DNA of 64,000 nucleotides, from the NCBI GenBank assembly GCA_965219455.1, contig OZ244744.1, forward strand, positions 2,720,001-2,784,000. Reading direction: 5' to 3'. Shown here piece after piece: positions 29,409-40,154 of the stretch. How positions within the stretch are numbered: position 1 is the first letter of the stretch; each line of letters opens with the position of its first letter. The notes below the pieces were generated by a model. It was not told the origin of the DNA, searched no databases, and worked only from the letters and a program-made list of their open reading frames with translations. Made by a program: the position numbers and the translations under genes. This DNA is from Candidatus Latescibacterota bacterium. GTDB taxonomy: Bacteria > Latescibacterota > UBA2968 > GCA-2709665.

Positions 29409-29466
29409 TTTAATGGAACCGTCGATACTTTTATCAATCCGAGGCTCAAAGAAAAGGAAGCCGTTT

Positions 29467-29760
29467 ATGCCCACATATGACTACGTTTGTGAAGCGTGTA
29501 GCCATGAATTCGAGCATTTTCAGAGCATTACGTCGTCTTCACTGCGCAAATGTCCGGAATGCGGCGAACGAAAGCTGAAGCGGCTCATCGGCGCCGGCGC
29601 CGGGCTCCTCTTCAAAGGATCGGGATTCTATATCACCGACTACCGGAGCGACGGATATAAAGAGGCCGCAAAAAAAGACGCCCCGAAAGACAAGAAACAG
29701 GATTCAAAAGACAAGAGCGGCAGCGGCGCCAAGTCCAAGAACAAGGAAAAAGCGGCATAA
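29467..29760 (+). CDS. FmdB-family zinc-ribbon protein
   Basis: MPTYDYVCEAC...CPECG...FKGSGFYITDY. Confidence 0.9.
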   Translation: MPTYDYVCEACSHEFEHFQSITSSSLRKCPECGERKLKRLIGAGAGLLFKGSGFYITDYRSDGYKEAAKKDAPKDKKQDSKDKSGSGAKSKNKEKAA

Positions 29761-29794
29761 AACACGTCGGATTCTATAGAAAGGAATTCAACCA

Positions 29795-31714
29795 ATGGGC
29801 AAAGTTATCGGAATCGACCTGGGAACGACCAACTCGTGTGTGGCCGTTATGGAGGGGGGCGATCCCGTCGTGATTCCCAATGCCGAGGGCGGGCGTACCA
29901 CGCCTTCGGTGATCGCGTTCACCAAAGACGACGAACGCCTCGTAGGGCAGGTGGCGAAACGACAGGCGGTGACGAATCCGCAGAACACCGTCTATTCCAT
30001 TAAACGATTCATGGGCAGGCGCTACGAGGAAGTGCCCACTGAAATTGGAGAAGTGCCCTACGAAGTCAAGAGAGAGAGTAACGGCCTCGCTACCGCAAAA
30101 CTGGGTGACAAGACGTATACGCCTCCCGAGATCTCGGCCATGGTCCTCCAGAAAATGAAGCAGACGGCCGAAGAATACCTCGGCGAAACCGTTACGGAAG
30201 CCGTGATCACGGTCCCGGCTTACTTCAACGACGCTCAGCGCAAAGCCACCACGGACGCGGGGAAAATTGCCGGCCTGGACGTGAAGCGCATCGTCAACGA
30301 ACCCACGGCCGCGTCATTGGCCTACGGCCTGGACAAGAAGACAGATGAGATCATCGCCGTCTACGATCTGGGCGGCGGCACGTTCGACATTTCCATTCTG
30401 GAACTGGGCGACGGCGTTTTCGAAGTCAAATCCACCAACGGGGATACCCACCTGGGCGGCGATGACTTCGATCAGCGCATCATCGACTGGCTCGCGGCGG
30501 AATTCCAGCGGGAGAACCGCATCGACCTGCGTAACGACCCGATGGCGCTGCAGCGCCTGAAGGAAGCAGCCGAAAAAGCCAAATGCGAGCTTTCCAGTTC
30601 CCTGCAGACGGATGTCAATCTGCCTTTTGTCACGGCCGATGCGTCCGGTCCCAAGCATATGAACCTGACCCTGTCGAGGGCCAAATTCGAGCAACTCGTG
30701 GAAGACCTGGTCGAACGCACCAGGAGGCCCTGTATCCAGGCGATCAAAGACGCGGGTGTTTCCCCGTCAGAGATCAACGAGGTCATTCTGGTTGGCGGCA
30801 GCACCCGCATTCCCAAAGTTCAGGAGGCGGTCAAGGAACTCTTCGGCAGAGAGCCGCACCGGGGAGTAAATCCCGACGAAGTGGTCGCGGTGGGCGCCGC
30901 CATCCAGGCCGGTGTGCTTTCGGGCGACGTCAAAGACGTGGTGCTGCTGGATGTGACCCCCCTGTCTCTGGGTATTGAAACACTGGGGGGTGTGATGACC
31001 AAGCTCATCGACCGTAACACCACCATTCCCACGAAGAAGTCGCAGGTATTCACAACCGCGGCCGACAGCCAGCCTTCGGTCGAGGTGCACGTGCTTCAGG
31101 GCGAACGGGATATGGCGGTTGACAACCGTACCATCGGTCGATTCCACCTGGACGGCATTCCGCCCGCGCCCCGCGGCACCCCACAGGTCGAAGTCGGCTT
31201 CGACATCGACGCCAACGGGATTATGAATGTTTCCGCCAAAGACATGGGCACGAACAAGGAACAGAGCATTCGCATCGAAGCCTCCTCGGGCCTGTCCGAC
31301 ACGGAAATCGACCGGATGGTCAGCGACGCCAAGGAGAACGCCGCCGAAGACAAGACGAGGCGCGAGGGCATCGAAGTTCGCAACCAGGCGGACCAGCAGG
31401 TTTACCAGACCGAAAAGCAACTCGGCGAAATGGGCGACAAAATCAGCGAAGATGCCAAGGCCAAGGTGCAGGCCGCGGTGGACCGGGTGAAGGAAACGCT
31501 CAAAGGCGAGAACGTGGACGAAATCAAATCCGCCACAGAAGCGCTCACCCAGGAATGGCACCAGGTGGCCAGCGAACTCTATTCGCAGGCATCGCAGGCG
31601 GGTCCCGAGGCCGGAGCTCCGGGCGATGCGGGACAGGCCGCCGGCGAACAGAAGAAAGACGACGGCGTCGTCGACGCCGAGTACGAAGTCGTGGATGACG
31701 ACAAACCGAAGTAA
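29795..31714 (+). CDS. dnaK: Chaperone DnaK (Hsp70)
   Basis: [36 protein letters not shown]. Confidence 0.98.
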   Translation: MGKVIGIDLGTTNSCVAVMEGGDPVVIPNAEGGRTTPSVIAFTKDDERLVGQVAKRQAVTNPQNTVYSIKRFMGRRYEEVPTEIGEVPYEVKRESNGLATAKLGDKTYTPPEISAMVLQKMKQTAEEYLGETVTEAVITVPAYFNDAQRKATTDAGKIAGLDVKRIVNEPTAASLAYGLDKKTDEIIAVYDLGGGTFDISILELGDGVFEVKSTNGDTHLGGDDFDQRIIDWLAAEFQRENRIDLRNDPMALQRLKEAAEKAKCELSSSLQTDVNLPFVTADASGPKHMNLTLSRAKFEQLVEDLVERTRRPCIQAIKDAGVSPSEINEVILVGGSTRIPKVQEAVKELFGREPHRGVNPDEVVAVGAAIQAGVLSGDVKDVVLLDVTPLSLGIETLGGVMTKLIDRNTTIPTKKSQVFTTAADSQPSVEVHVLQGERDMAVDNRTIGRFHLDGIPPAPRGTPQVEVGFDIDANGIMNVSAKDMGTNKEQSIRIEASSGLSDTEIDRMVSDAKENAAEDKTRREGIEVRNQADQQVYQTEKQLGEMGDKISEDAKAKVQAAVDRVKETLKGENVDEIKSATEALTQEWHQVASELYSQASQAGPEAGAPGDAGQAAGEQKKDDGVVDAEYEVVDDDKPK

Positions 31715-31733
31715 TCCACAATCGCAAATGAAC

Positions 31734-31772
31734 AGCGGAGGCGATTCCCTCGGGAATGGCCTCCGCTTTTTT
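31734..31772 (+). terminator. Rho-independent terminator
   Basis: AGCGGAGGC...GCCTCCGCT followed by a T run. Confidence 0.75.
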
Positions 31773-32156
31773 GTCTGGGATACACTCTCCCCCACCCCAT
31801 AACGTCCCCTATTTCCCTGCCCTTTTTCTTGCATCGCCCAAGAAAAAGGGCGAAAAAGAAGGGCGCCGCTCAGACGCCGCGGGGCTGCTTTTCCGCGAAT
31901 CGCCTCACGGGCTCACACGAACGGTAATGCCCTCCAAACGCTAGCGGTGAATATAGGCCAAGATGCTGGACGGAATAACGCGGAAAAACCCCTTCCCCAC
32001 CGGGCGGACAAATGGTAGTCCAGGGAGGTCATTCTCGTAGATTCGCGGTGGTTTCCGCCGTTTGCATTTTTTTGTTTGTGTTTCGTCTTTGATTCAAGCT
32101 GAAAACTGATAGCTGACTGCTGTTTTGCTGCTTTTCGACGGCCGAATTTTTGGAAT

Positions 32157-32366
32157 CTATCTCCGTGACCGATCCTCAAGGTTCCGTGCCGAAAAGAGTT
32201 CCCACGCCCGTAGGCGGGCCGCCGCTTCATCCGCCGGGGTGTTCAATTTGTACTCAAACCGCAGACGCCGTTGCCCATCCACATTCTCAAATACCCCGAC
32301 AATCCAGAAGTCGCCGTCATATCTGGCATTCAGGATAAATTCACGGTTTTCATGGCGAAACACCAT
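32157..32366 (-). CDS. Small hypothetical protein
   Basis: 69-aa ORF with globular-protein-like composition, co-oriented downstream of the PhyH gene. Confidence 0.45.
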   Translation of the reverse strand: MVFRHENREFILNARYDGDFWIVGVFENVDGQRRLRFEYKLNTPADEAAARLRAWELFSARNLEDRSRR

Positions 32367-32445
32367 AGATCGCCCCGGTTTCGAGTGCGCCGCCGGCCAC
32401 TGCGCCTGCCTGTGCGTGCTGTCTCACGCACGCAGACAGGCGGCG

Positions 32446-33264
32446 CTACCAGCGATCCAGGCCCAGGAGCTTTCGTCCGAGCGGCGTCAACTGCGCCGTT
32501 TCGCCCTCGAAGTGTTCCTTTTCCTTCTGGTTTTTCCCCAACCCGGTCAGGCGTTCCCGCCAGCCCTCAATACGGCTCTCCCGATGCGATTCGTCGTCAT
32601 CTCTCGCCGGAGTCATCGTGATGTATTGCGCAATGCGTGGCCGGTCGGCCGAGTTCGGACTGCTTCCGTGGGGCAACAGACTGTTCCAGATGACGAGATC
32701 ACCCTCCTTGCCGGCGATGGGCTTTGCCTGATGTCCGAATTCAGCCTGCATCCGGCTCCTGGAGTCGTCCGCCTCCGATAACGTCTCGAGCCAGTCCGCA
32801 ATACACCGGTGAAAGCCGGGTATGCACGTGAACGCGCCCTGATTCGCCGCTGTATCGGACAGATACAGCACGCCCTGTACCATGAAGCGAGATGGATCTT
32901 CGAGTGAAATATCCCAGTGCAGATAGGGTCCCTTGAACGCAAACCCAGGTCGTTCCGGCGGATTCAGACTCGTCCTGTCAAAACTCACCCAGAGATTTTC
33001 GGTCCCCCAGATCTGCGCAAACGCGTGATGCACCCGGGGGCGCTGCCGGTTGTCCCACAGCGCCTGGTGCTGGTACATCTCGACCATGATTCCGGGCCTT
33101 GGCGGATCCGGGTACCACGTATCCGCATCTCCGGAGTCCATGCCCAGAAACGTCCAGACGGCCCGCTCGGCCTGGCGGCAGTTTTCCGGCGGAACAGCCT
33201 CGGGCACCACAACGTATCCGTTCTCCTCCCAGAAATCCAACGCGTCGGCGTCCAGAACAGCCAT
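32446..33264 (-). CDS. Phytanoyl-CoA dioxygenase (PhyH) family protein
   Basis: FWEENGYVVV, LHWD (HxD), GDLVIWNSLLPHG, R..QY. Confidence 0.9.
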   Translation of the reverse strand: MAVLDADALDFWEENGYVVVPEAVPPENCRQAERAVWTFLGMDSGDADTWYPDPPRPGIMVEMYQHQALWDNRQRPRVHHAFAQIWGTENLWVSFDRTSLNPPERPGFAFKGPYLHWDISLEDPSRFMVQGVLYLSDTAANQGAFTCIPGFHRCIADWLETLSEADDSRSRMQAEFGHQAKPIAGKEGDLVIWNSLLPHGSSPNSADRPRIAQYITMTPARDDDESHRESRIEGWRERLTGLGKNQKEKEHFEGETAQLTPLGRKLLGLDRW

Positions 33265-33961
33265 GTCGTCCTCCCTTATCCAACTGGAACGGAATGAAAA
33301 ACGCCCGGCAATATCCCGGTGGTCCCGGGCGATCCTGAATATGGTTCCGGAAAGAACGCTGTCAAGTCATTTTGACTGTGATTAACTATGATTAAACCGC
33401 ATGAAGAGACCGTATTTGATGTGTTATTGCGAGACCTGGAGGGATTTGATGTCGATACGAAGAAATGCGATGTACATCGCTCGGCGGAGAGCACGGATGG
33501 GCGGGAGCATCGGTCCCACATTGCTCCGCGAGGATACTTCCGCAGGCAAAACGGGACGGACGGGCGATTCGTCGACTGCGCTCAGAATGACAGGGCGGCC
33601 GATCATCAGGCTATGTGAGATCCCTTCAAAAACGCCAGGACCTACCGTTGACCCCTTATCATTAACACAAATCCCTATACAAGCAGCATGAACCAACGTG
33701 TACCCTTTTTGCGTAGAAGTAACACTGCAAGACTCCGATACAGAGATGGCCTGGGACTCCTCCGGGATTGGGATCCGGATCGCCGGCGTTCTACGCAAAC
33801 TCCTTTTTTGTGTGGATAATGTGCCGATCTTTTATATATTTCGTTCGCCCTGACAACCGGTGCGGATCTCCCGAAGCGGCGTGGAACCGGGGCCGGACGC
33901 TATTGCCCGCAACGTCTCCATAGGGTTTCCTGAAGCTGAATTCTTTCCTGGGACTCCGATC

Positions 33962-34399
33962 ATGACGGTCCGAAAAATCAAATTCATCGCCGGATTCGCC
34001 GTTATTGTCGCATGCCTGGTTCTTCTGGTTGTAACCAGTTCCCGGAAGATGGCGATGTATTACCTTACCGTCTCCGAACTGGAAGCCCGTGAGACTGAAT
34101 TCGTGAACAAACGGATCAAACTCGCCGGCAAAGTCACGCCGGGCTCCATCCGGAAAAATACCGGCCGCACCGTCGAGTTCCAAATTTGGGAACCCCTGGA
34201 GGGAGAAGCCTTCTCCGCGAGACGTTCGGTGGTATATGCGGGCATTGTGCCGGACACCTTCAGAGACGAAGCCGACGTGGTCCTGGAAGGCGAAGTGGGC
34301 GCGAACGGCCAATTTCGGGCGGAAACCCTGTTGGCCAAATGTCCCTCCAAATACGAGGGCCAATCTTACGAAGACATCAAGAAAGCCTATGACAGGTAA
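33962..34399 (+). CDS. ccmE: Heme chaperone CcmE, CxxxY variant
   Basis: N-terminal TM, YYLTVSE, Y.GIVPDTF, LLAKCPSKY. Confidence 0.93.
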   Translation: MTVRKIKFIAGFAVIVACLVLLVVTSSRKMAMYYLTVSELEARETEFVNKRIKLAGKVTPGSIRKNTGRTVEFQIWEPLEGEAFSARRSVVYAGIVPDTFRDEADVVLEGEVGANGQFRAETLLAKCPSKYEGQSYEDIKKAYDR

Positions 34400-34446
34400 C
34401 ATCCAACCTGGAAAGCCGGGTCATCCGATGACCCGTGGCGCCAACA

Positions 34447-36429
34447 ATGGCTGAACTCGGCAATTTCCTCATCTGGTTCTCGGTTGCCACCTCCCTCTAC
34501 GCGGCGGTGTCCGGCGTTCTGGCCGGCAGGACCGGCAGGCTGAATCTCACTCTCAGCACGGAACGCGCGGTTGCCGCTACTTTTCTGATGGTTCTGGGGG
34601 CTTTCGGCCTGCTGGAGTCCTTTTTCCTCACCGACCGATTCGATCTCCACTACGTGGCCGGCCATTCCAGCCGCGACCTGCCGACGCCGTATAAGTTCAC
34701 CGCCGCATGGTCTGGCATGGAGGGCTCTCTCCTGCTCTGGGCCTTCATTCTCGCCGGTTTCAATTTCTTCGCCACGCGCACCACCCGCAGGTTCCGCGGG
34801 CCGCTCGCCTCCTATGCGACAGTCGTTATGTCGCTCACCCAGGTCTTCTTCCTCGTCCTGATAGGATATTACGAGAATCCTTTCCGAGAACTGGGTTTCA
34901 CGGCTGCCGACGGCCAGGGTATGAATCCGCTTCTGGTCCATCCGGCCATGGCCATTCACCCTCCCATGCTATACCTCGGTTACGTGGGATTCATCGTACC
35001 GTATGCGTTTGCGATGGCCGCGCTCTTGAGCCGACAGGTGGACGAAGCGTGGATCCGCACCACCCGGCGCTGGACCATCTGGCCCTGGTTTTTTCTGGGG
35101 ACCGGGCAGCTTCTGGGCGGCAACTGGGCTTACGTGGTTCTGGGATGGGGTGGGTACTGGGGCTGGGACCCCGTTGAAAACGCCGCCCTGCTTCCCTGGC
35201 TCACGGGCACCGCCTTTCTGCACTCGGTGATGATCCAGGAAAAGAAAGGGATGCTCAAAGTCTGGAACATGGCGCTCATCATTCTCACCTTTACGCTGTG
35301 TATCTACGGCACGTTCCTGACCCGCAGCGGCCTGGTTTCCTCCGTGCACGCGTTTGCCCAGTCGCCGATCGGCAACGTGTTCCTCTATTTTCTGGCGGCT
35401 ATCGTGGTCTTTTCCGCCGGCATCCTGTGGTGGAGGAGGCCATTGCTCAAGAGCAGGAACGAATACGAATCTCCCGTCTCCCGGGAAGGGGGCTTTCTGC
35501 TCAACAATCTTCTCTTCCTGACAGCCGCATTCGCGGTGTTCTGGGGCGTCATGTTCCCGGTGCTCTCCGAAGCCGTCACCGGCTCCAAGGTCACCGTGGG
35601 TCCGCCCTTTTTCAGCACGGTCATGACGCCCATCGGTCTGCTGCTTCTCCTGATGACGGGTGTTGGCCCGCTGTTGGCCTGGCGCAAGACGTCGGCGCGC
35701 AGTATGAAAAGACATTTCGCCGGACCGGGCATCTTCGGTCTCTTCTGTAGCGCTATCGCATTCGCCCTCGGCGCGCGCGAACTGTACGCGTTGATCTCCT
35801 TTACCCTGTGCGGATTCGTGACGGGAGCCATCGCCACTGAGTTTCACAGAGGCGCGAAGGCGCGGGGAAGCAGTTCAAATGAGCCGTATCTCAAGGCGCT
35901 CTGGTCCCTCACCGTCCGAAATCGCCGGCGTTACGGCGGTTATATCGTCCATTTCGGCGTCGTGCTCCTCTTCTTCGGGTTCACCGGCAATGCCTTCAAC
36001 CGGGAAATCGAGGCGGGATTGAAGCATGGCGAGTCCGCGACCATCGGGAAATACCGCCTCGTCTACGAAGGCTATTCCGAGAGCCGGAACCCGCTCACCA
36101 TCGTGATTCAGACCCAGCTTGGCGTGTACCAGGGAGACGAACGCCTGGGTACGATGTGGCCCGAGCAGCACGTTTATTACAAACGCAATGACCGGCAGCG
36201 AACGACCGAAGTCGCCATCCGTTCCAGCCTGCGCGAAGACCTTTACGTTCTATATGAGGGCCGGGATCCCGACGGCGCCGCCCTGTTCAGAATTTACGTC
36301 AATCCCCTGGTGATGTGGGTCTGGATTGGCGCATGGGTCCTCACCCTCGGGACTGTGATTGCCATCCTGCCGGACAGGCGGGACCGTCTCAGACGCGGAC
36401 GTACCGTTGGGCTTTCTGCCGCGTCCTGA
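34447..36429 (+). CDS. ccmF: Heme lyase CcmF
   Basis: G.EGSLLLW, HPPMLYLGY, WGGYWGWDPVEN, SVHAF; possible GTG start at 34435. Confidence 0.96.
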   Translation: MAELGNFLIWFSVATSLYAAVSGVLAGRTGRLNLTLSTERAVAATFLMVLGAFGLLESFFLTDRFDLHYVAGHSSRDLPTPYKFTAAWSGMEGSLLLWAFILAGFNFFATRTTRRFRGPLASYATVVMSLTQVFFLVLIGYYENPFRELGFTAADGQGMNPLLVHPAMAIHPPMLYLGYVGFIVPYAFAMAALLSRQVDEAWIRTTRRWTIWPWFFLGTGQLLGGNWAYVVLGWGGYWGWDPVENAALLPWLTGTAFLHSVMIQEKKGMLKVWNMALIILTFTLCIYGTFLTRSGLVSSVHAFAQSPIGNVFLYFLAAIVVFSAGILWWRRPLLKSRNEYESPVSREGGFLLNNLLFLTAAFAVFWGVMFPVLSEAVTGSKVTVGPPFFSTVMTPIGLLLLLMTGVGPLLAWRKTSARSMKRHFAGPGIFGLFCSAIAFALGARELYALISFTLCGFVTGAIATEFHRGAKARGSSSNEPYLKALWSLTVRNRRRYGGYIVHFGVVLLFFGFTGNAFNREIEAGLKHGESATIGKYRLVYEGYSESRNPLTIVIQTQLGVYQGDERLGTMWPEQHVYYKRNDRQRTTEVAIRSSLREDLYVLYEGRDPDGAALFRIYVNPLVMWVWIGAWVLTLGTVIAILPDRRDRLRRGRTVGLSAAS

Positions 36430-36464
36430 AAGGCGACGGCCTGAAAAACAAAAGAGTATCATCG

Positions 36465-36986
36465 ATGAATGGAAAGCGGAAGAAAACCGGTATGGTCATT
36501 TCACGGCGCGTCGTTCTCCTGGCGGGGATGATCGTCCCGGCACTTCTGCTTCTCTCGCTTGCGTACCCCGTATCCGCCGAAGTTACGCAGGAAAAGGTGA
36601 AAGAAGTGGCGAAGGGCCTCGCCTGTCTCTGCGGCGACTGCCCTCGCCGGCCGCTGGATGAGTGCGCTTGCGGTTGGGCGGATCGAAAAAGATCACGCAT
36701 TGCCGAAGCGCTGGAAGCGGGACAGGACAAGGAAACCATCGTTGCCGGCTTTGTTGCAGAATTCGGACAGGAAGCGTATGTGACGCCCCCGGCCGAGGGC
36801 TTCAACCTCACCGCCTGGATCATGCCCATTGTGGTCCTGCTGCTCGGCGCCATTGCGGTGCGTTTGGTGTTACGCAACTGGTCGCGGCAACGCGTCGCTC
36901 CCGCCGCCAGCCAGGTCCCGGATACAAAACCGGACGACCCGTACAGATTAAGGCTGGAACAGGAACTCAGGGAGCGAGATCTGTGA
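36465..36986 (+). CDS. ccmH: CcmH/NrfF-like protein
   Basis: Signal peptide, LACLCGDC...ECAC, G.D.ETI...FV.EFG, PP..GFN..AWIMP; start uncertain (36465 or 36492). Confidence 0.8.
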   Translation: MNGKRKKTGMVISRRVVLLAGMIVPALLLLSLAYPVSAEVTQEKVKEVAKGLACLCGDCPRRPLDECACGWADRKRSRIAEALEAGQDKETIVAGFVAEFGQEAYVTPPAEGFNLTAWIMPIVVLLLGAIAVRLVLRNWSRQRVAPAASQVPDTKPDDPYRLRLEQELRERDL

Positions 36987-37411
36987 GCGTCGCGTTCTGC
37001 ATCGTTATTGTCGCGGTCGTCTTCATCTTTGTGTTTCGCCCGTTCATTACCACGCGAGGTCGGATTGGAGAGGCGGATGCGGGATCCGGTCGTGGAAACC
37101 AGCTCCTTGTGGATAGAGAAGCCCTTTATGACGCCATCCGCGAACTGGACTTCGACTACCGCATGGGGAAGGTCGAAGAGGACGATTATCGCGCGACCCG
37201 CTCGCGTTACGAGAGCCGGGCCGTGGAACTGATGAGGGCCATCGAAGAAACCACCGGCCCCCCGGTGGGAATCGAGGATCGCATCGAACAGGAAATCGCC
37301 GCGCTCAGAGAAAGAGATACCGGCGCGTGTGCCGGATGCGGCGATTCAACTCCCGAGGGCGCCCGCTTTTGTCCTCGATGCGGCAAAGCCCTATCGGAAC
37401 CACGTCTATGA
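36983..37411 (+). CDS. CcmI-like membrane protein with C-terminal zinc ribbon
   Basis: GTGA overlap; TM, IRELDFDYRMGK..EDDY, CAGCG...ARFCPRCG. Confidence 0.75.
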   Translation: MSVAFCIVIVAVVFIFVFRPFITTRGRIGEADAGSGRGNQLLVDREALYDAIRELDFDYRMGKVEEDDYRATRSRYESRAVELMRAIEETTGPPVGIEDRIEQEIAALRERDTGACAGCGDSTPEGARFCPRCGKALSEPRL

Positions 37412-38502
37412 GCAAACGTCTCGGCTGCTTCGCCTTCCTGCTGATCGGTGTTTTGGACGCTTCCCCTGCTGCTGGCCTCGTCGTTGGTCGTGTCACGAAT
37501 GGGACGCTTTCTCAACCCCAGCCGGACTGCGTGGTGTTCCTGATTCGTCAGGGCGCCGAACCCGAAGTTTTCCTCCAGGATACCACCGGTACACACGGGC
37601 GATTCTCGTTCCAGGCCCAGGCCGGCGGTGACGCGCTCTGGTTTATTTCCGCGGCCCATGCGGGCGTCAATTATGGCCAGCGGGTCGTGGACGGCCCCAA
37701 CGAAATTGCCGTCTTCGAAACCACCGACTCGGACACGTCCGTTTCCGTCGTTTCACACCACATCATCGTCGACGCGGCCGAAAAGCGGGTCGAACAGATC
37801 CTGATCGTACAGAACGATGGCAACCGCACGTTCAAGACCGGCGAGGGGCATGGACATGGCCTGGAGGTTTTCCTTCCCGACGGCGTGACGGAAGTCAGGG
37901 AAGGCCCGCAGGGTCTTCACACCCACGGCGACATCCTCGTGAATCCGGATCCCGTTCGTCCGGGTCATAGCCAGCTTTTGTTTGCCTTCGACATGCCCGC
38001 CTCCGGGCGTCTGTCGCAAACCGTGAGCTACCCAACCGGAACCGTGGACGTCTTCGTCCATCCGCCGGGAGCGGCCATCACCGCGGGCGCGCTTCAGGAC
38101 CAGGGCGAAAACACTTTTGAACAGCACAGCTTTCGCAGGTTTTCGGGCGCCGCCTTTAACCGGGGAGACCGGATCGACCTGGAAATCAACGCGTCGCCGT
38201 GGTCTATTTCGGGCGTGTTCACCGGGTTCGATCTCAAATGGGCGTTGCTTGGCCTGGCGATCGGTTTTGCTCTGCTGGCCATCTTCTTTCGGCCCTTCGG
38301 AAAGACCGGCTCCCCGGCGTTGAAAACAGCCGAAGGCCGGCCCGGCCTTCGGGACCGAAGAAACGCCCTGGTCCACCAGATTGCGGACATGGACGACCGA
38401 TACGAGCAGGGCCGCCTTGCGGAAGAAGATTACCAGGCCCGGCGAAATGCCTTTAAAGCGGAGCTTGTCGATATGTCCCGCGTCCTTGATGGGGAAGCGT
38501 AG
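37408..38502 (+). CDS. Exported beta-rich membrane-anchored protein of the ccm operon
   Basis: Signal peptide, GRVTNGT start of a carboxypeptidase-regulatory-like domain, His-rich GEGHGHG, C-terminal TM and IADMDDRYEQGRLAEEDY. Confidence 0.7.
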   Translation: MSKRLGCFAFLLIGVLDASPAAGLVVGRVTNGTLSQPQPDCVVFLIRQGAEPEVFLQDTTGTHGRFSFQAQAGGDALWFISAAHAGVNYGQRVVDGPNEIAVFETTDSDTSVSVVSHHIIVDAAEKRVEQILIVQNDGNRTFKTGEGHGHGLEVFLPDGVTEVREGPQGLHTHGDILVNPDPVRPGHSQLLFAFDMPASGRLSQTVSYPTGTVDVFVHPPGAAITAGALQDQGENTFEQHSFRRFSGAAFNRGDRIDLEINASPWSISGVFTGFDLKWALLGLAIGFALLAIFFRPFGKTGSPALKTAEGRPGLRDRRNALVHQIADMDDRYEQGRLAEEDYQARRNAFKAELVDMSRVLDGEA

Positions 38503-38507
38503 GCGTT

Positions 38508-39224
38508 ATGGCCCCGCCCGTTCCGGCCATCGTTCTCGAGAACGTGGAAAAACGGTTCGGCCGTCTCGCCGCCCTGGAGGGTATCGACCTCATCGTTCCA
38601 GGTGGCGCCCTTGCTCTTCTCGGCCCGAACGGGGCCGGCAAGTCGACGCTCCTGCGGCTTGTTGCGACCCTGTCCAAACCCACGCACGGGCGGATCTTTG
38701 TCAGGGGCGTGGACGCCCGTAAGGAACCGGAACGCGTGCGGGCGGACATCGGGCTGATCTCCCACCAGACCCTTCTCTACGAAGAGCTGACCGCAGGTGA
38801 AAACCTGCGTTTCTATGGCCGCCTTTACGGTCTGCACGACCTGAAAGAACGTGTGCGAGCGGCGCTGGAGGGCGTCGGTCTTTTCGGCAGGGAACACGAC
38901 CGTGTCCGCGGGTTTTCCAGGGGCATGAAACAACGCCTCGCCATTGCCCGGGCCACGCTCCACCATCCCACGGTTCTCCTTCTCGACGAGCCGTTCGCCG
39001 GCCTGGACGCCGCCGCATGCGCCATGTTGAGCGACCGGCTGCGCCAGCTTCGCCGGGACGGTCGTACGGTCATCCTGGTTACTCACGATCTGCATCGGGG
39101 TCTGGCTCTCACGGATCGGTTCGCGATCCTGAACGGGGGGCGGTTTGTCGCGAAGGGAGAAACCGGGGGATTGTCGCTCGAGGCGATGGAAAGTTGCTAT
39201 GAAAATGCCGTAACAGGCCGTTGA
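38508..39224 (+). CDS. ccmA: Heme ABC exporter ATPase
   Basis: GPNGAGKST, FSRGMKQRL, LLDEP; ccm operon context. Confidence 0.9.
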   Translation: MAPPVPAIVLENVEKRFGRLAALEGIDLIVPGGALALLGPNGAGKSTLLRLVATLSKPTHGRIFVRGVDARKEPERVRADIGLISHQTLLYEELTAGENLRFYGRLYGLHDLKERVRAALEGVGLFGREHDRVRGFSRGMKQRLAIARATLHHPTVLLLDEPFAGLDAAACAMLSDRLRQLRRDGRTVILVTHDLHRGLALTDRFAILNGGRFVAKGETGGLSLEAMESCYENAVTGR

Positions 39225-39373
39225 TAAAGTCGCTCTGCAGGCGAGGCCGAGTCATTGTGGCCGAAGACAAGGCGCGCGACCGCGTCGAATCGGGGGATTC
39301 GGGGAGGGAGTGCAACGCAGTCATTCGGCCACAAGGGCCGGACGCAGCCCGGATGGACTTTTTCAACGGGCTG
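39214..39373. mobile_element. MITE-like non-autonomous element (160 bp)
   Basis: Terminal IRs CAGGCCGTTGATAAAGTC / GACTTTTTCAACGGGCTG (16 of 18 match) and internal IR TTGTGGCCGAA / TTCGGCCACAA. Confidence 0.7.
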
Positions 39374-39472
39374 ATAAACCAATATCCTCCCGAAATCCGG
39401 GCGTCAGGATAAGGCCGGAACAGGTTTCCGCCGAGTTCTGAAGTCCGATGCAACGCGGGAACGGGAGCGCCT

Positions 39473-40153
39473 TTGGGCCTCTTCTTCAGTCAGATTTCAG
39501 CTGTTTTCTGGAAAGATATCAAGACCGAAGTACGCACCAAAGAACGGCTGAGCGCAATGTGCTTTTTTGCGTTTCTGGTGCTCCTCGTCTTTAATTTCGC
39601 ATTCACACCCGGCTCGGAAACCATTAGAAACGCGGCGCCCGGCATCTTCTGGATCGCCGTTACGTTCTCCGGTTTCATGGGCCTGACGCGCTCCTTCGTC
39701 TCGGAACGCGACAACGACTGCCTGACGGGCCTCCTGCTTTCACCCGCCGACAGTGGCGCCATCTACCTGGGTAAAATGCTGGCGAACCTCTGCGCCATGC
39801 TGTTGGTGGAAGCCCTGATTCTCCCGCTTATGGTTGTCTTTCTGAATATCGCCGTCTGGCAACACCTGCCCCGCCTGCTTCCCGGGCTTCTGCTGGGTAC
39901 CCTCGGATTCGCGGCCGTCGGCACCCTCTTCGCCGCGATGTCGCTCAAGACCCGGCTCCAGGAGGCCCTGTTGCCAATGCTTACCCTTCCGGTGCTGGTT
40001 CCGGCCCTTCTGGCGGCCGTCGAGTCGTTCCGGGCGGTGCTGGCGGGTGATTCTCTCTCCGATATATCCGCATGGATCAACATCGGCGGTGCATTCGCGC
40101 TGCTGTTCGTGGCGGCCTGCGTGCTTTTGTTCGATTATGTGATCGAGGAGTGA
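39473..40153 (+). CDS. ccmB: Heme exporter permease
   Basis: KDIKTE.R, PGIFWIA..F, F..ERDN.CL.GLLL, LLP.L.LP. Confidence 0.9.
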   Translation: MGLFFSQISAVFWKDIKTEVRTKERLSAMCFFAFLVLLVFNFAFTPGSETIRNAAPGIFWIAVTFSGFMGLTRSFVSERDNDCLTGLLLSPADSGAIYLGKMLANLCAMLLVEALILPLMVVFLNIAVWQHLPRLLPGLLLGTLGFAAVGTLFAAMSLKTRLQEALLPMLTLPVLVPALLAAVESFRAVLAGDSLSDISAWINIGGAFALLFVAACVLLFDYVIEE

Positions 40154-40154
40154 T

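Noticed and set aside
29392-29418. CIRCE element upstream of dnaK
   Set aside because: Only a degenerate left half (TTGGTACTC) is present, with no GAGTGCTAA right arm
32097-32122. Short GCTGA-type tandem repeats
   Set aside because: Only three or four degenerate units; too short to interpret
33300-33950. Short ORFs or ncRNA in the gap before ccmE
   Set aside because: No recognisable protein motifs or RNA family; cannot be supported
39225-39472. SRP RNA or riboswitch between ccmA and ccmB
   Set aside because: Lacks the SRP TCAGG...GGAAG..AGCAG core; the terminal inverted repeats explain the structure as a MITE
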